Positions 1-12,700 of a stretch of DNA of 64,000 nucleotides are shown here, in pieces (the stretch's first letter is position 1; every line of letters starts with the position of its first letter). The notes beneath the pieces are model-generated. The model had not been told where the DNA came from. It worked only from the letters and a program-made list of their open reading frames with translations, and ran no database searches. The DNA is taken from positions 15,934,001 through 15,998,000 of the forward strand of contig CM120640.1 of the NCBI GenBank assembly GCA_051362555.1. Direction: 5' to 3'. Made by a program: the position numbers and the translations under genes. The DNA is from Lingula anatina. Taxonomy: Eukaryota > Animalia > Brachiopoda.

Positions 1-389
1 TTTCACATTTTAGTGCCAGGAAATGAGCTTAACAACAAAAGAAGAATCAGAGAAGTGCTTTGGCATATGCCCTTGCATAGAAACCATTCAACCATGTCTC
101 TTGCATTGCAATCAACTGGCAATCAATTTGATAACAAATACAAGCACAACGATGCATAATCAATCAACTTCTTTAGAAGTGGCTTTCAATTACTATCACT
201 TATGGAAGTTATGGGGTTTACCCATGCATTTCTAAGCCCTAAGTCAGACACTATGAAGCATTTTCTAAGTACTTAATGGCAAAAAGAGCCCTTTGAAAGT
301 GTTGAATAGCTGTTAATACCAATATCTTTTTGCAACATGAGGTGCTAGGAGGCTGTGTTACCTTTACTGTACATAGGTACAAAACAATG

Positions 390-506
390 TTGAAACTAGG
401 GGGAGAAGCGGTAACGGTAACTTGTTGGAGCCGGCGGAGCCGGCGGAACGATCTGGTCGGGACTAAAACCATGTGTACCACCAGCGCTAATGCTGGTGGT
501 ACAATA
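390..506 (-). mobile_element. Truncated HINE/DINE-like (non-autonomous Helentron) 5' end
   Basis: Perfect 12-bp inverted repeat TGTACCACCAGC (474-485) / GCTGGTGGTACA (492-503), preceded on the minus strand by TTAT and followed by short GC-rich tandem units (CCGCCGGCT x2, GTTACC x2). Same layout as the 5' end of the element at 46543. Confidence 0.4.
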
Positions 507-847
507 AGTGACGAGATTTAGTGAGAATTATGAATGATGCCTCTGCCATTGTGCATATAAAGCATAACACAACGCTTTGTTGAAAAAAAATCATTTGTAT
601 GAATGTATTCATTTTGTTTTTCTTTCTTATTCTCAAATGTAGTCCATTTTTTTCATTCTGAATCAATAATCACAAAATAAGTAGTGATTTTTTATAATAA
701 GACTTACTGCCATCCAATATACTCATACCTATGTATGGAGTCTCAAATTAAACTTGTAAACTGTAACCTAAAAAGCATTTTATTATGTGTTATTCCTTTA
801 TCTTTATTGTATATTTTACAGCACAAAAAAAGTAGATCAAAACTCAC

Positions 848-2914
848 AATAAGGGTCCTTCTCTAGCTGTGGGTTTCCCTGTAAGCTGAGATCTATAATG
901 TGTATATGTTGCAGCTTTCCCAGCTCAGCCCAGGTCAAGTTATTATTGGTCAGCACCACAGTACCCAGAGCTATAAAACGGTCCAGTCCCTCAAGATTTC
1001 TGATCTGAAACAGGTGATGTACATTCATTTTAATAAAAACTTTATTTTCAGAGCAGAAGAATTATGGGGAGCAATTTTCATTGTATACTGTTTACTTGAG
1101 AGACATATCTTGACATATCTCTAAGCATAATTAACAAGTGGTTAAGTTATCGTATTATTAACTGCACTGAAAAAAATGAATTTATAATCATTTGAAATCA
1201 AACTTATAATCAAACTTGCTGCGATTCAATAACAAACAGTCTAAAGTCCATATATTTTTTTAAGTTTTAGAGCCCTTACCTGGTTATTACTAAGGTCTAA
1301 TTTCCATAGCTGCTGACAGTTAGACAAATTACTCACAGTGTCAATGTTGTTGCCTTGTAATATTAGAGTGTGCAGTTTAGCACAATGGTCTATCTTTTCA
1401 ATAGCCACTGAAAATAAAATGCAGTATAAATCAAATCTTATCTAACTTGCTTGAACAGCCACACTGCACAGATAGCTTAGCCCTGCAACTTGATTAAAAA
1501 GTTGAGTTAAATGATAACCTTAGTTTCCATTTATACCCCCAGCAGTGCTTGAAGAGAAAGACAAAAATTAGAATGCATTATATACAGATGTATGTATCAT
1601 TCAGTAAAGGATTACAAAGCTTGATTTCATTTTGGAATCATTATTGAACCCTGGTTACTTGTGTCATGTAAAAATAGGTACGTCTGCCAAAAAAGTACTG
1701 TTCTATACGTCTGGCAATTAAGATGAATGAAAATGCAGTAAAATTTGAGTTTGTTCAGGAAAGTTTTATTTCGAAACATATTCAAATAATCTAAATAAAT
1801 TTAGAAATAACTGTAATTTGGTAGTAAAAAAACAAAGGGGTGGCATGTGAGTGATTTAAATGAGACCGTCACCAACTATGTGCTTATGCAAAAACTTGGT
1901 TCCATACTGAAAAAAGAAATTCATCAAAATTATAACGTCAATGTCATCATATCTTTCAAATTTGTGTTTTGAACTTCAACTACTCAGAGTAATTAAATTG
2001 GAGTACCTTTTGAAAATAATTATGAAGAAAGTTTAATTAAGCATTTGAGATATACCTTTTTTTTTTTTTTTTTTGACAAGACACATGTACTACTGCATGC
2101 TTTAACAGAACACCTATCAATTATCAATGCCACTCCACTCCCCTTGTACCATATACCATTTTATTGTCCCTTTGCCCCTCCCCTTATCCCCCCAAAAAAG
2201 TTTGCTTATTAACACACTGACGTAAGAAAGGCAAGTAAGAAATTTCTCAGACAAACCTTGTCACAAACCAAAGACAAAATTTTGAAAAGTTGGGCAAGTC
2301 CAACAAATAATTAAATGTCAATTTGTACTTTCCTAAGGCTTTCAGTTACTATATATAAGCATATATAGCATAATAAAAATAATAAAGCTTTGGCAAAATG
2401 AATGTCTCTAGAGGTAAATAAATCCAATCTTTGCAAGTGTACATCTAAATATAAAAATAAATTAACAACAATGCTAATAATGATCAGGTAGAAAAACCAC
2501 AGCTACCTGAAGTTTCCATTATAATATCATTTACTATTGGGTTTTGTATATTACATGTAGTAATGATTTTACCAACATGGGCTCGTTTATAAATGTCTGT
2601 CATCTGCCCTAAATTGATGTTGTATTTTGGTACTTGATACATTAAACCTACCCTCTGAGTGGGGTTCCAAAATACACAGCAGTTGTACCGTGTTACTGAG
2701 GATTAGCTTTGACACCCAACAAATTAACTTACCAAGTTCCAAGTTTGACAAGTCCAAATACTGAAGGGTCTGTGGCGCACCCTTAGCCCGGGAGCGTATC
2801 ACCTACAAAAGTAACATTTAAAAACGTAAGATCCGATAATGTAACATAAAATTTCGTATCGGACAAGTTACGTTTAAGAATAATCCTCCTACAAACCTGG
2901 GCACTTATTCGCAT
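848..2914 (-). CDS. Leucine-rich-repeat protein (SDS22-like LRRs plus LRRcap), first four coding exons; continues beyond the left edge
   Basis: Exons 2914-2897, 2802-2733, 1407-1280 and 1004-848 have GT-AG boundaries and consistent phase: MRISAQVIRSRAKGAPQTLQYLDLSNLELVAIEKIDHCAKLHTLILQGNNIDTVSNLSNCQQLWKLDLSNNQIRNLEGLDRFIALGTVVLTNNNLTWAELGKLQHIHIIDLSLQGNPQLEKDPY. Repeated LxxLxLxxNxI motifs end in the L.L.GNP cap. Confidence 0.8.
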
Positions 2915-4312
2915 AGTTACTCCATGCTCGCACCGGCTGATTGTTTACACCTGACGCACCACTTAGTGAGGAATATACATCCGCAGATGACAAATAGTTC
3001 TTTGTTCATCGATTAGCTTCTTTGGATAACTAAGGGTTGAATACAATCTTTATATACAGGACTTCAATAATTTTCGATGAAAATAACTTTTGATAGAGGA
3101 ACTAACTACCTTACACTGACTTCACCAGATAAATAACACAGCGGATTGATTTCACTAATTTAAGGGAAATGCGTTAGAGAAGCAGACGGTGGCACATCAT
3201 TGCTCTCAAGTTGACAGACCTGGTAAATTTTTTGAAACTGGTATTTTGGTGAATTTGTCATAACATTCCCGTTTCTAAACATTTCAGGGAAATGAGCACG
3301 GACCGTGCTAAATACCTTGAGATTTTGACATGACTTGAAAGTGACTTGCATATGTGGTTCTAAACAAAATTTCGATACCTCATTGTTAAGATAGGCTGCA
3401 CCGAAAGCTTCAGAAACCACTGGGTAACTGGGTTCTCTAGTTACTACTATGAGCAGTTCCCAAAAATGTACAAGCTGATGGAAAGGATCCGAGTTGCCAG
3501 TTGTGTCTGAAACTCAGGACTGAATAACATGACACAAGATTTTGGTGAAGAATATGAAAACGTGTAAGTTTATTTAACCCTGAATAACAAGTTAATAAAA
3601 TGCGGATTTGAACTCAGTTATAGTACTTGTGTATGATGTTTTGAACAGTTTTTAAGGAATGTAAAATGGTAAATTGTTAACAATAAATTGCTTTATAATG
3701 CAGTATAAAAAAACAGCAACACAATACACCTCAATAAGAGACATTTGCGCCAATGGGAATATATGAGAATAAAATGCAGGCTCAAACTTAAGTTACAATT
3801 TATATGAAGTAAAACAAAAATTTATGTATCACAAGGTTAGTCGATCAGAAAAACAAAGAATGGATTCAACCACACACAAATAATTTTTTTCTATAATACA
3901 TCAATAAATCACAAACTATTTTTGGTTAACTTTTAAGTTGAAAAATCTAAGGGGGTTAACTGTATGTGTTAACTTTACTTAATGTTTTTCGCATAAGCAC
4001 TATGTACTTGACTTCAGTAAAATGCCTTGTTTGAAAGAATTCATCTCCCAATCTGATACTAGATATTTGAAAAAAAAAATCTTTCAAATATTACACAAAA
4101 ATATAGAAATTCTAAAAAGGTACAAAATATTAAAAGAAGACTTCTAAAACTGGGAAATCTTCAATATTACATTGTCAAAATTTAAGAAGAAATTGATAAA
4201 AAAATACCACTCAAAAATGAGTATGTTATTTTTTCATTTTTGTATTTCACATTACAGTGCAACTATTGTGCACTGTCACATACCAATGTCAATTCAAATG
4301 TATGGTGTGTGA

Positions 4313-7300
4313 CTACTGGATTATTAATTCTTCCACGATGCCATACACATTCAGAGTATTAGTCCTGACCACTATCTTATAGTCATCCTCAGACACTTTA
4401 TTTGATGTCTGAAGAAGAACTGTTGTCCTATCTGATTCTTCATTGCTCAATATTTTATTACAATCTGGGGGAACTTTTACGTGGATAGAAATGGTATTTC
4501 CAGAGTCTAGGATCACAAATCTGTAGCAGGTTCCCACATAGCTGGGTGTGACTTTCCCTTCAGCTTTGAGGTCTATGTTGACCATATTATGTGTTTTAAT
4601 ACTAATAGCTCCTTGTGTTCCTATGAAGCATTTAACTGCTCTAAGTTTATGCAAATCATCTGGGTTTTTTGTGCGTAAGAAGATTTCCAGACCATCCTCC
4701 GGACCCGTCTTTGCAGTTCCTCTTGGTTCAAAGTAAACCACTCCAGTTATACTCGCTGGACTTGTAGAGGTTATCACAGTATTTAATTTACGAACTAAAA
4801 GTGCCTTCTCCCCAGACATAACAGCAGATCCTGTACCCAGCAGTAATCTCGAGTTTGTTCCATAATTAAACTGTTTCCATTCCTCAGAATACAGGCGTCT
4901 GTGAGCTCTCTGCAGTGTAGCTTTGTCCAAGTACCCACCTGGTCTCTCCCTGTGTTTAGGAAAATATTCCTTATGTCTTTCTGACACATGGTAATATACA
5001 TCTGAACGAGGAAGTAAATATCGTATATATAGGATGTCCAGCAATGGGGTACTGTCCATTATATCATCCCAAACATAGAGATAAGAGTCTGTGGTGTCGC
5101 TGAGCCAGCGTATCTGTGGCACTGAGTGTTGTGTAAGCACGCTTCTGATGGAAATTGCAACAGGGTTGCGCAGATCATTTGAAGTGATTAGGTCATGCAT
5201 CTCAATTACATCTGCCCACTTGTATCCCCTTTTGTTGGGGTTCCCCTCTGGGGGTACTGAAGTCCAGCCCAGCAACAGGGTAGAATAGGGGAACTTTTCA
5301 TTGCATAGTTTAAAGAATTCTGTGGCATTAATTGTTGGAGATTTATCCGAGTTAGGTCCTATTAGTACATCGGCACCAAGCCATACAGGCACTTGGAGCT
5401 GAAATGACAATCAGGAACAGTTTATAGAAATGGAACAAAAATTAGTCTGCTTGAACATATTTTTCCAGGTGTATTATAAATTGAAAAGTCTGCTTATGTT
5501 CCACAATATGATGTGGATAAATGCCCTGATTAATACACTGCAAGTGACACTTTAGCAAAAACAGCTGATTTCTTCTTGCCTTTAGACATTTACTTAAATA
5601 AGTCACAAAATATGTTTACCTCATTTTTCAATTCCTGTAGAGTGTTTAATGCACTTTTCACATCTGTGATGCTTTTGAAATAAAGTAAGAACCCCTTTTG
5701 GTATGGCACAATCCACTGAATCCACTCCTACATGGGAGAAAAACATGGAATAAATTGAACCTTCTGTAGCTTATTTGTATAAAACTGCAATTAAAGCAAA
5801 TGATTCAATAATCGTAACTGTCAATTGTTATATGTACAAAAAATTGTTAAGAAAATGAGAAGGTAACTTAACAATGTTAAAGAAACTGATAATCTTTCTA
5901 GAGCTTTGGTAATGTAATTAAGATCGCTTTTAAATTTACCTTTAATGAAATGGCTTTTCCTTTTTCATAACCCACTAATGATTGCAAAGATGTTGAATGT
6001 GTCTGTATGAACTTTGCAATAAACATATGAGCATTATCTATAATAAAAAAAACAGGTGTGATTGAATACAAAATACTACAACTGTGATATGATGAGACTG
6101 CAATTACAATGGACATTGAGAGTTATGCTTTCAAACATTACCATTTAAAATGCCCACAATTTAATATTATATATATTCTAAAGTCTATGCTAAAGTCAAT
6201 ACCATCACTTGTAATTGAAGCATCCATGGTCATGTACACTAATATTCTATGCATTTTAAAAATTGGTAAGGTAAAAAAATTGGGATAATGAGCCTGTAAA
6301 TGTGGACCATTATAATTTTTTAATTTGTTTAAATAATGAAGGGAAGCCAGTAAGTCCAAGAGTTCACTATAGAACCTTGATCAGAAGATGGCTCACCATT
6401 CAGTGCCTTTATCACATCTGTTTCAGTATAAGCTGTGCTCCAAGTGACGTTTCCTGCGTCCCCGTTGACATCTGTGAAGTACTCCCCAGGACACACATCA
6501 GGACGAGCTCTGGCTTCACTTCTACCCCTTAATAGTGAATAATGTGGTTTCCTAGGCCATTTGTTTATAATATAACCTAAAGAAAAAAGTCAAGTATTTA
6601 GTTCAATAACTATAGAGCTACTATATAGTATTAAGCAAGTAAGTTTCAAGTTTTACAAAATTTATATCTCCCTTGACAAAAACTTCAACTAAGCTTAAAA
6701 TTTGCTATTTGTAGGGTCTCTATAGTCTAAAAATATACATAAGTTTGAATCTTAACCATTTCATATATAATTTATAACAAGATGGGATCCTTGGTGATCA
6801 GTTACTGGCAATTGTTTTCCTGTGGTCATTAAACAGGTATTTTTAAATACTTTTTAAACATATTAAGTATTTTAAATACTAAAAAAAAGAGTGGATAACA
6901 AACTTGGTCACCTACTCTTTTGAATGAATTCTGTAAAATGTGGGCTAGTAGGCTAGAGGGGCCATTAGAGGAGTAATCTCCAGATTTTTTCCAAATGACC
7001 TGATCAGGACACTAAATGAGACACTCCATGGGTTTGAAAATCTCCCAAATGCTTATTTTGCAATCCACAGCTTCTTATAGAACCTTATATACACCTTAAA
7101 AATGAGTTAACCCCTTAAATATTTTTGTTTATAATGTTGATGTTGATATTTCCATTGGAGCTTATATTTATAAGACTGGACAGTTAAAATCAACCTTATA
7201 AATTTATAATTACATGTTAAATCCAAACGCAAAGAGGGATGGATAAATGATTCTTGAGTACGAGAAAATTGCTTTTCCTGGGAAAATTCCATTTTGGCGG

Positions 7301-7577
7301 GAAAATCTCATGAAGTATACTTTTAAATTGTTGTTTAAGCCACTAGAATGAGTGATACACATGTACTTCGCTGTACTTAGCTCTTTACTGCACAAGAGAG
7401 TAGGTAAGATGTGTAACAAATACTTGTGTTTTGCAAACATATTGCCATGGAAGTCTTACCTCTGTAATTATATGCCAGGATGGCAAGTATAAATATTCCA
7501 AATAATATTTTATACACCAAAAACCGTCTATACGCCCTAGGAACAGAGTAAAATATTTGTCTATAGAGGTTTGCCAT
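4313..7577 (-). CDS. FAM151/menorin (DUF2181)-like type II membrane protein with C-terminal extension, 5 exons
   Basis: Exons 7577-7460, 6576-6397, 6037-5940, 5727-5620 and 5398-4313, all GT-AG and in phase. N-terminal hydrophobic segment ILFGIFILAILAY. Family-like motifs GDAGNVTW, EWIQWIVPYQKGFLLYFKS, PVWLGADVLIGPN, FPYSTLLLGWT and GYKWADVIEM. Confidence 0.8.
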
Positions 7578-7828
7578 CTCTCAGTTCACGTTCTAGTCTA
7601 TTGCTTGATCATGTGACCAATGTTTCCAAGATGAATATGAAATGTAAAGCAACAAAAGGAATGGGAATAAATAGCCTACTGCTCAATGTGCGAAGTAGCA
7701 TAGATATAAAATATCTGAAAATAATTTCGGTATGAATGTCTAACATCTTGAAAGTACATAAAATGCATATTTCTTCAGACATTCACGAACGAGATATTAC
7801 GAGAGCTGATTTCAATATGGTGGATCAG
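7578..7828. promoter_or_regulatory. Compact bidirectional promoter (FAM151-like / IPO13) and first non-coding IPO13 exon
   Basis: The minus-strand ATG at 7577 and a plus-strand donor CAG|GTAAGG at 7828 are about 250 bp apart; CpGs are locally retained; matching acceptor at 8453. Confidence 0.55.
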
Positions 7829-8476
7829 GTAAGGGGCAGGTGCTTGAGGAATTATTGTTTTTTGCTTGAAGAGCATTAGAGAAATTGCTTCTAACGAAAA
7901 ATAACATTTAGATGTTGATTCATGCAAAAGATACTGCCGACTGTTATTGTGTTTTCATTCTATGGGTAACATCAGAGACACTGGCCTTTGTCACATCCAA
8001 GCTCAAAGTCGACTACATTATTTACATCACAGTGTCACTGACAACTTGTCATCAGTCACCAAGACTTTAGTATTAAAGAAAAGTTAGCGGTGCTCGCTGA
8101 CGTCCCTCAGTGATTGTGAATACAGGACAAGACAGATAAAACGCGCTGTATCTTCTTTTCAAATATGTGGTATATACAGTACAAGAAGGGGGTTTATTTA
8201 CAAAGCAAATGCTAGGTTAGATAAGGACTATGCGTCGTTGATAATGCACTGTAACTGTGCCACTTTGGTGACTTCAAGTCCTTACTTTATACAAGAGTCA
8301 GAGGGTTTGACCAAGGCCTTGTTGCAGTCTCAGTGGCTTCAGCTAAAGTTCACAATTAAATAGAGGAGTCCTCTTATTGTTTAACATTTCCTTAATAATT
8401 TACGTACATGTTATGTAAAATGACTTATCTAAAGTGTTTATATATTTAATCAGAATTAGAGAAGTGCTTTGAAGAA

Positions 8477-9745
8477 ATGGACATAACTGTAGAAAACATA
8501 GAAAAGGTGAGTACTGCTTTGCACCCATTATTATAGTTGTTTTAATTGCAGTGTGAGTTTTGTTTATGGATGGAAATAGAAATTGAAAGTTTACTTTCCA
8601 TTTTGCTAAGGCCTAATTGCATACTTATTTTAAAAAAAGAAAAAAAAACAATGTAATATTATTTTAAAGTAATTATCAATGCAGTAATATTGATCATCTA
8701 ACAAAATGTTGTATAGTAAAGCCATTTTTTGACATGGTTTTATTGGTGTTATAAATTTCTGTTTTCTAGGCCATCTATCAGTTTTATCAGTATGATGCAG
8801 CCACTCAGCAGCAAGCCCACTGTTGGCTCACTGTGGCCCAGGCTTCTCCAGCAGCATGGAGCTTTTGCTGGGAATTATTACAACCTAACAAGGTAAATGT
8901 CCATCTTTGATGTCAGATCTTTGTGAAACATTTATATGTCTTTTATGCATTATATATTAACAGTGCATGTTGAATTCATAATCTAATGGAGTAATTAAAA
9001 TCAACCACTCAAGTCTGAATGCCCAAAAATTTTACTGCCATCAATGCTGTTACATTCAGATCGTTTGATGATTAAAATATGAATGCATGTAACATGCCCT
9101 TCTGTATTCAGAATTGAGATTTCATTTCTTCAGAGTATACAAGTTCAGTTTTTTGGTGCCAACTGCTTGCATATGAAGATATCAAAGTATTGGTAAGTCT
9201 GAGAATTCATTACTAGACATGTATTAGATAATTCCCTTAACATAGCTTGGATAAACTTGTCTGTAATAAAGTTGCATCATTTTAAGATTGCACAGGACTG
9301 AGTTTGATAACTGACCTAGAGCATAATGCATGTTATCAGTGTCACCTACCTTTTATCATGTTTTTCTATAGGCATGAGCTGCAGCAAGAGCAGTATGAAG
9401 TGCTCAAGACACAGTTGCTTCAGCAAATAGCAAATTATGCAAAAGGGCCTAAAATCGTACTTACAAGGCTCTGCGTAACGGTGAGTCTTATCTTCATATT
9501 CACCAATTGTAGTAAAGAAATAATGAAGTCACTTCAGTCCTGATAGTAAACATCTATATATAACAGCATTCATATTCATCACATATTTTATCAGAGTTGT
9601 TTAAATCATTGTAGAGTGGATCATTTTTTTACTCCTCCTGTAGCTTGCAGCCTTTGTGATGCACACCATACCAGGCTACTGGCCAGACCCCCTGGAGACA
9701 GTGATGACCATGTTCCAGCAAGCTAACTTACCTCAAGTAGAGGTA

Positions 9746-9786
<41 letters not shown>

Positions 9787-12700
9787 AAAATGTTGAAAAT
9801 ACATGTTGTCGTTAGTTTTTATACAACAGATTATGAGATGCATTATTTGCAATAATTTTGCAATTATGTTATAAATTAAATCAAACATGATTATTTGATA
9901 AAAGAAAGGAAAAAGATGCAAAACAATCAAACACATTTGTAGTTCAGTCATTGAGATTAATTTCCACTCTACCTTATAGCCTTTCTCTCTTTCTTTGTAG
10001 TGTAGACTGTCTTGTTTTGCTGCACCAATCTTATTTTCAGTGGCTATTTTGGTTGATACTTTGGTTCTTTGCCAGGATTTATCTTTTTATTTACAACTGC
10101 CAAACACAAAACTTAAGTTTATGACTTTAAGTCTGTAAATTATCTTATTATTATTATCTCTTTCAGCCTAAACAAGTATGTGTAATCCTCCTTGAAATCC
10201 TCACAGTAATCCCAGAAGAGGTAGATATAAATAGACACCATATAAGTTACTTAAACAATTTAACATTACTGTAAAATTTTGTATCAAATAGTTGCATTGT
10301 TCCATTCATTTTGAAATGCTGTGGATTTCATTGTAAAATGGTGCATTTTCAAAAATTGTCCAATTAATTTTTTTTAGCAGGTATGTTGTTCAGATGATGT
10401 TGACATAAATGTTGTGATATTATATTTGTTTTTACTTCTTTGTTCAGTTTACCTCAACATACCATTGTTATGATAATATTCCATGCTTTTTTTTCAGTTC
10501 TTTTCTATCCACCTTACTCAGTATCAGAAAGGTGTGATTCGACATGAACTGAAGAAAGGATCACAACATGGTAAACATGAATTGTTTTGTTGTGCATTGA
10601 AATCCTACACATGATTTTCAATTACATCTGTTGTGTAACTGCACTTCAAAAATCACATGTATTTGAATTAATTTAGTGAGTGATAACCTCTGGTGAAAAT
10701 TTCTATGAAAGTTTGTCTTATTAAAATTACCATGTACATCTGCACACGCACATGCGCACACACACAATTTTTTTTAATGGAATTATCATGTGGCTAGATA
10801 ATATCGTTAGAATTGTGGAAAAAGAAAAAATATGATCCTTCTGTTTCAGTCTTGCCATTTTTGCAAAGTCTGATGAACCCCTCATCCCCAGAAGAGGTTT
10901 ATGACCAAGCCATGAAGTGTTTTTCCAGCTGGGTGCAGTTTGGGCTGCCTATTTATGAGTGTGAACCCATGGTGGAACATCTGTTTGAGGCGATAGCTAA
11001 TGAATCTCTCTTTGAAACTGCTATAGAGGCTCTGTCACAAGTATTCCTTCACCCTGAGGCTCATAAGTAAGTAGTGGTCATGGAGATTGACCATCAGTTT
11101 TGGAACTACAGGGGTTTGTGGGGTGTAGATGTCTAGACATACAATGCTTATGGTAATAATGCATTTCCTATTTATTATTTAACAATTCTTGTTTCACCTT
11201 TTGACTTTTACATTGTAAATTTGACTTGGTATGGAACTTGTTGCTCAATACTGCAGTCTTAGTTATACCCTAGTTACATTTTTATCTGTCTAAAGTGAAT
11301 ATTTGTGACCTAGATTATAACTTTACTCCTGCATTAGCATAGGATAATTACTTAGGTGCTCATTTAGGTTACTTTTGAATATCAACAAAATTTACTTTAT
11401 AATGCATCATAAGAAGGGAACTCCTGGTATTGTTTCAGACTGAAGTGTTTGAAAAATTACATGACATATTGCTAATATTTAAAGAACACTATATCATCAT
11501 CATTTTAGTCTTGTGTTGTTAATAAGATTTTAAGTAATTGTAATAAAAATATTATAAAAGAAATTTGTCACTTATTTTCAGGTATCCAGCTACTATCCTT
11601 AAATTTGTCCCAAAAGTATTAGCCTTAGAGGCTTATTTACAAAAAAGTATCCAAGAGAATGATTTGGTGAGTCTATTTTTTTAGTTAGATTTTATCAATA
11701 TTTTTTAATTTGAAAAGCATCTTTGTAAAACTGAACTGATGTTGCAGTGTTTTAAAGTAAAAATAGATATGTAAATAAATAAGTGTAGTGAGTGATATAA
11801 GTAGCATTTTTATTTTTATTTTCCTTTTGCTTTCATAGGAGGTTTGCCAAGGTATCACAAGGCTGTTGTCCAATCTTGCTGAGAACCACACCGACCTTAT
11901 ACTGAACAGTACATTACAAGGAGGAGAGCAGAAAGACCAGGTGCTCAGTCTGGTCAAGTTCATGATGGTGAGCATGCAGTATATTGAAAGCAGAATTCAC
12001 TGTTAAATTTTGCTGCATTTTCCATTGCTTTTAAATAAACTTTGTGATATTCTAATGAAAATTTGTCTGTGTAGTAGATTACTAGTAGTGATGAGACCAA
12101 AAACTCTGAGGTACGATTCAGAAAATAATTGAATGATAGTAAAATTTTTATATTAATAGAGGATAAAGAAAATGATTAAAAAAAAAGCATGTTAACTTCC
12201 GATTTGAAGATCTCCCAGTGAGAAAATTTTTGGTAGTTGCAGTGGCTGATATAATGATTAGGGTTTTCTAATTTCCAGCAATGCACTGCTATCCCAGGCA
12301 CTTTCCCAGTAGATGAAAATTGTAGTGACATGACTTTCAGTTTCTGGTATGTTCTTCAGGTAAGTGCTTATAAAATCATTTCTAAATTCCATGCTTTTTG
12401 GACTTTACATTGATAAACTCAAAGTATTGGGCTCACTGTATATAGTAGCATTATATGTGCAACTTTTCTTTGTAGTTTTGTTGTATTTTTAGGTGAATAC
12501 TTATGAAAAAACTCTGGATCAGACTTTAAACTTTTTTTGGTAATACCAGCAATGGTATTGTGTTGAAGTCCCTGCATAATGTTTCCTTTGTGTATATGCC
12601 TTTTGGATGCTCAACCAACCAAAGTAACTTACAATTGAATATAACTGTCTTCCTCAGGATGATATAGTGTCTTCAGACCCGGTGAAGTTTGAGGTTTATG

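Noticed and set aside
3160-3420. 86-aa minus-strand ORF
   Set aside because: No recognisable motif or splice support; it lies in the promoter region of the LRR gene.
3529-3570. Plus-strand ATG...AACGT|GTAAGT that looks like a first exon divergent from the LRR gene
   Set aside because: Joining it to the next evident plus-strand acceptor (8454) gives stops in the ATG-containing frames, and no partner exon was found.
12088-12250. Possible intronic C/D-box snoRNA (GTGATGA...CTGA)
   Set aside because: No terminal stem or recognisable rRNA-antisense element, and box spacing is unconvincing.
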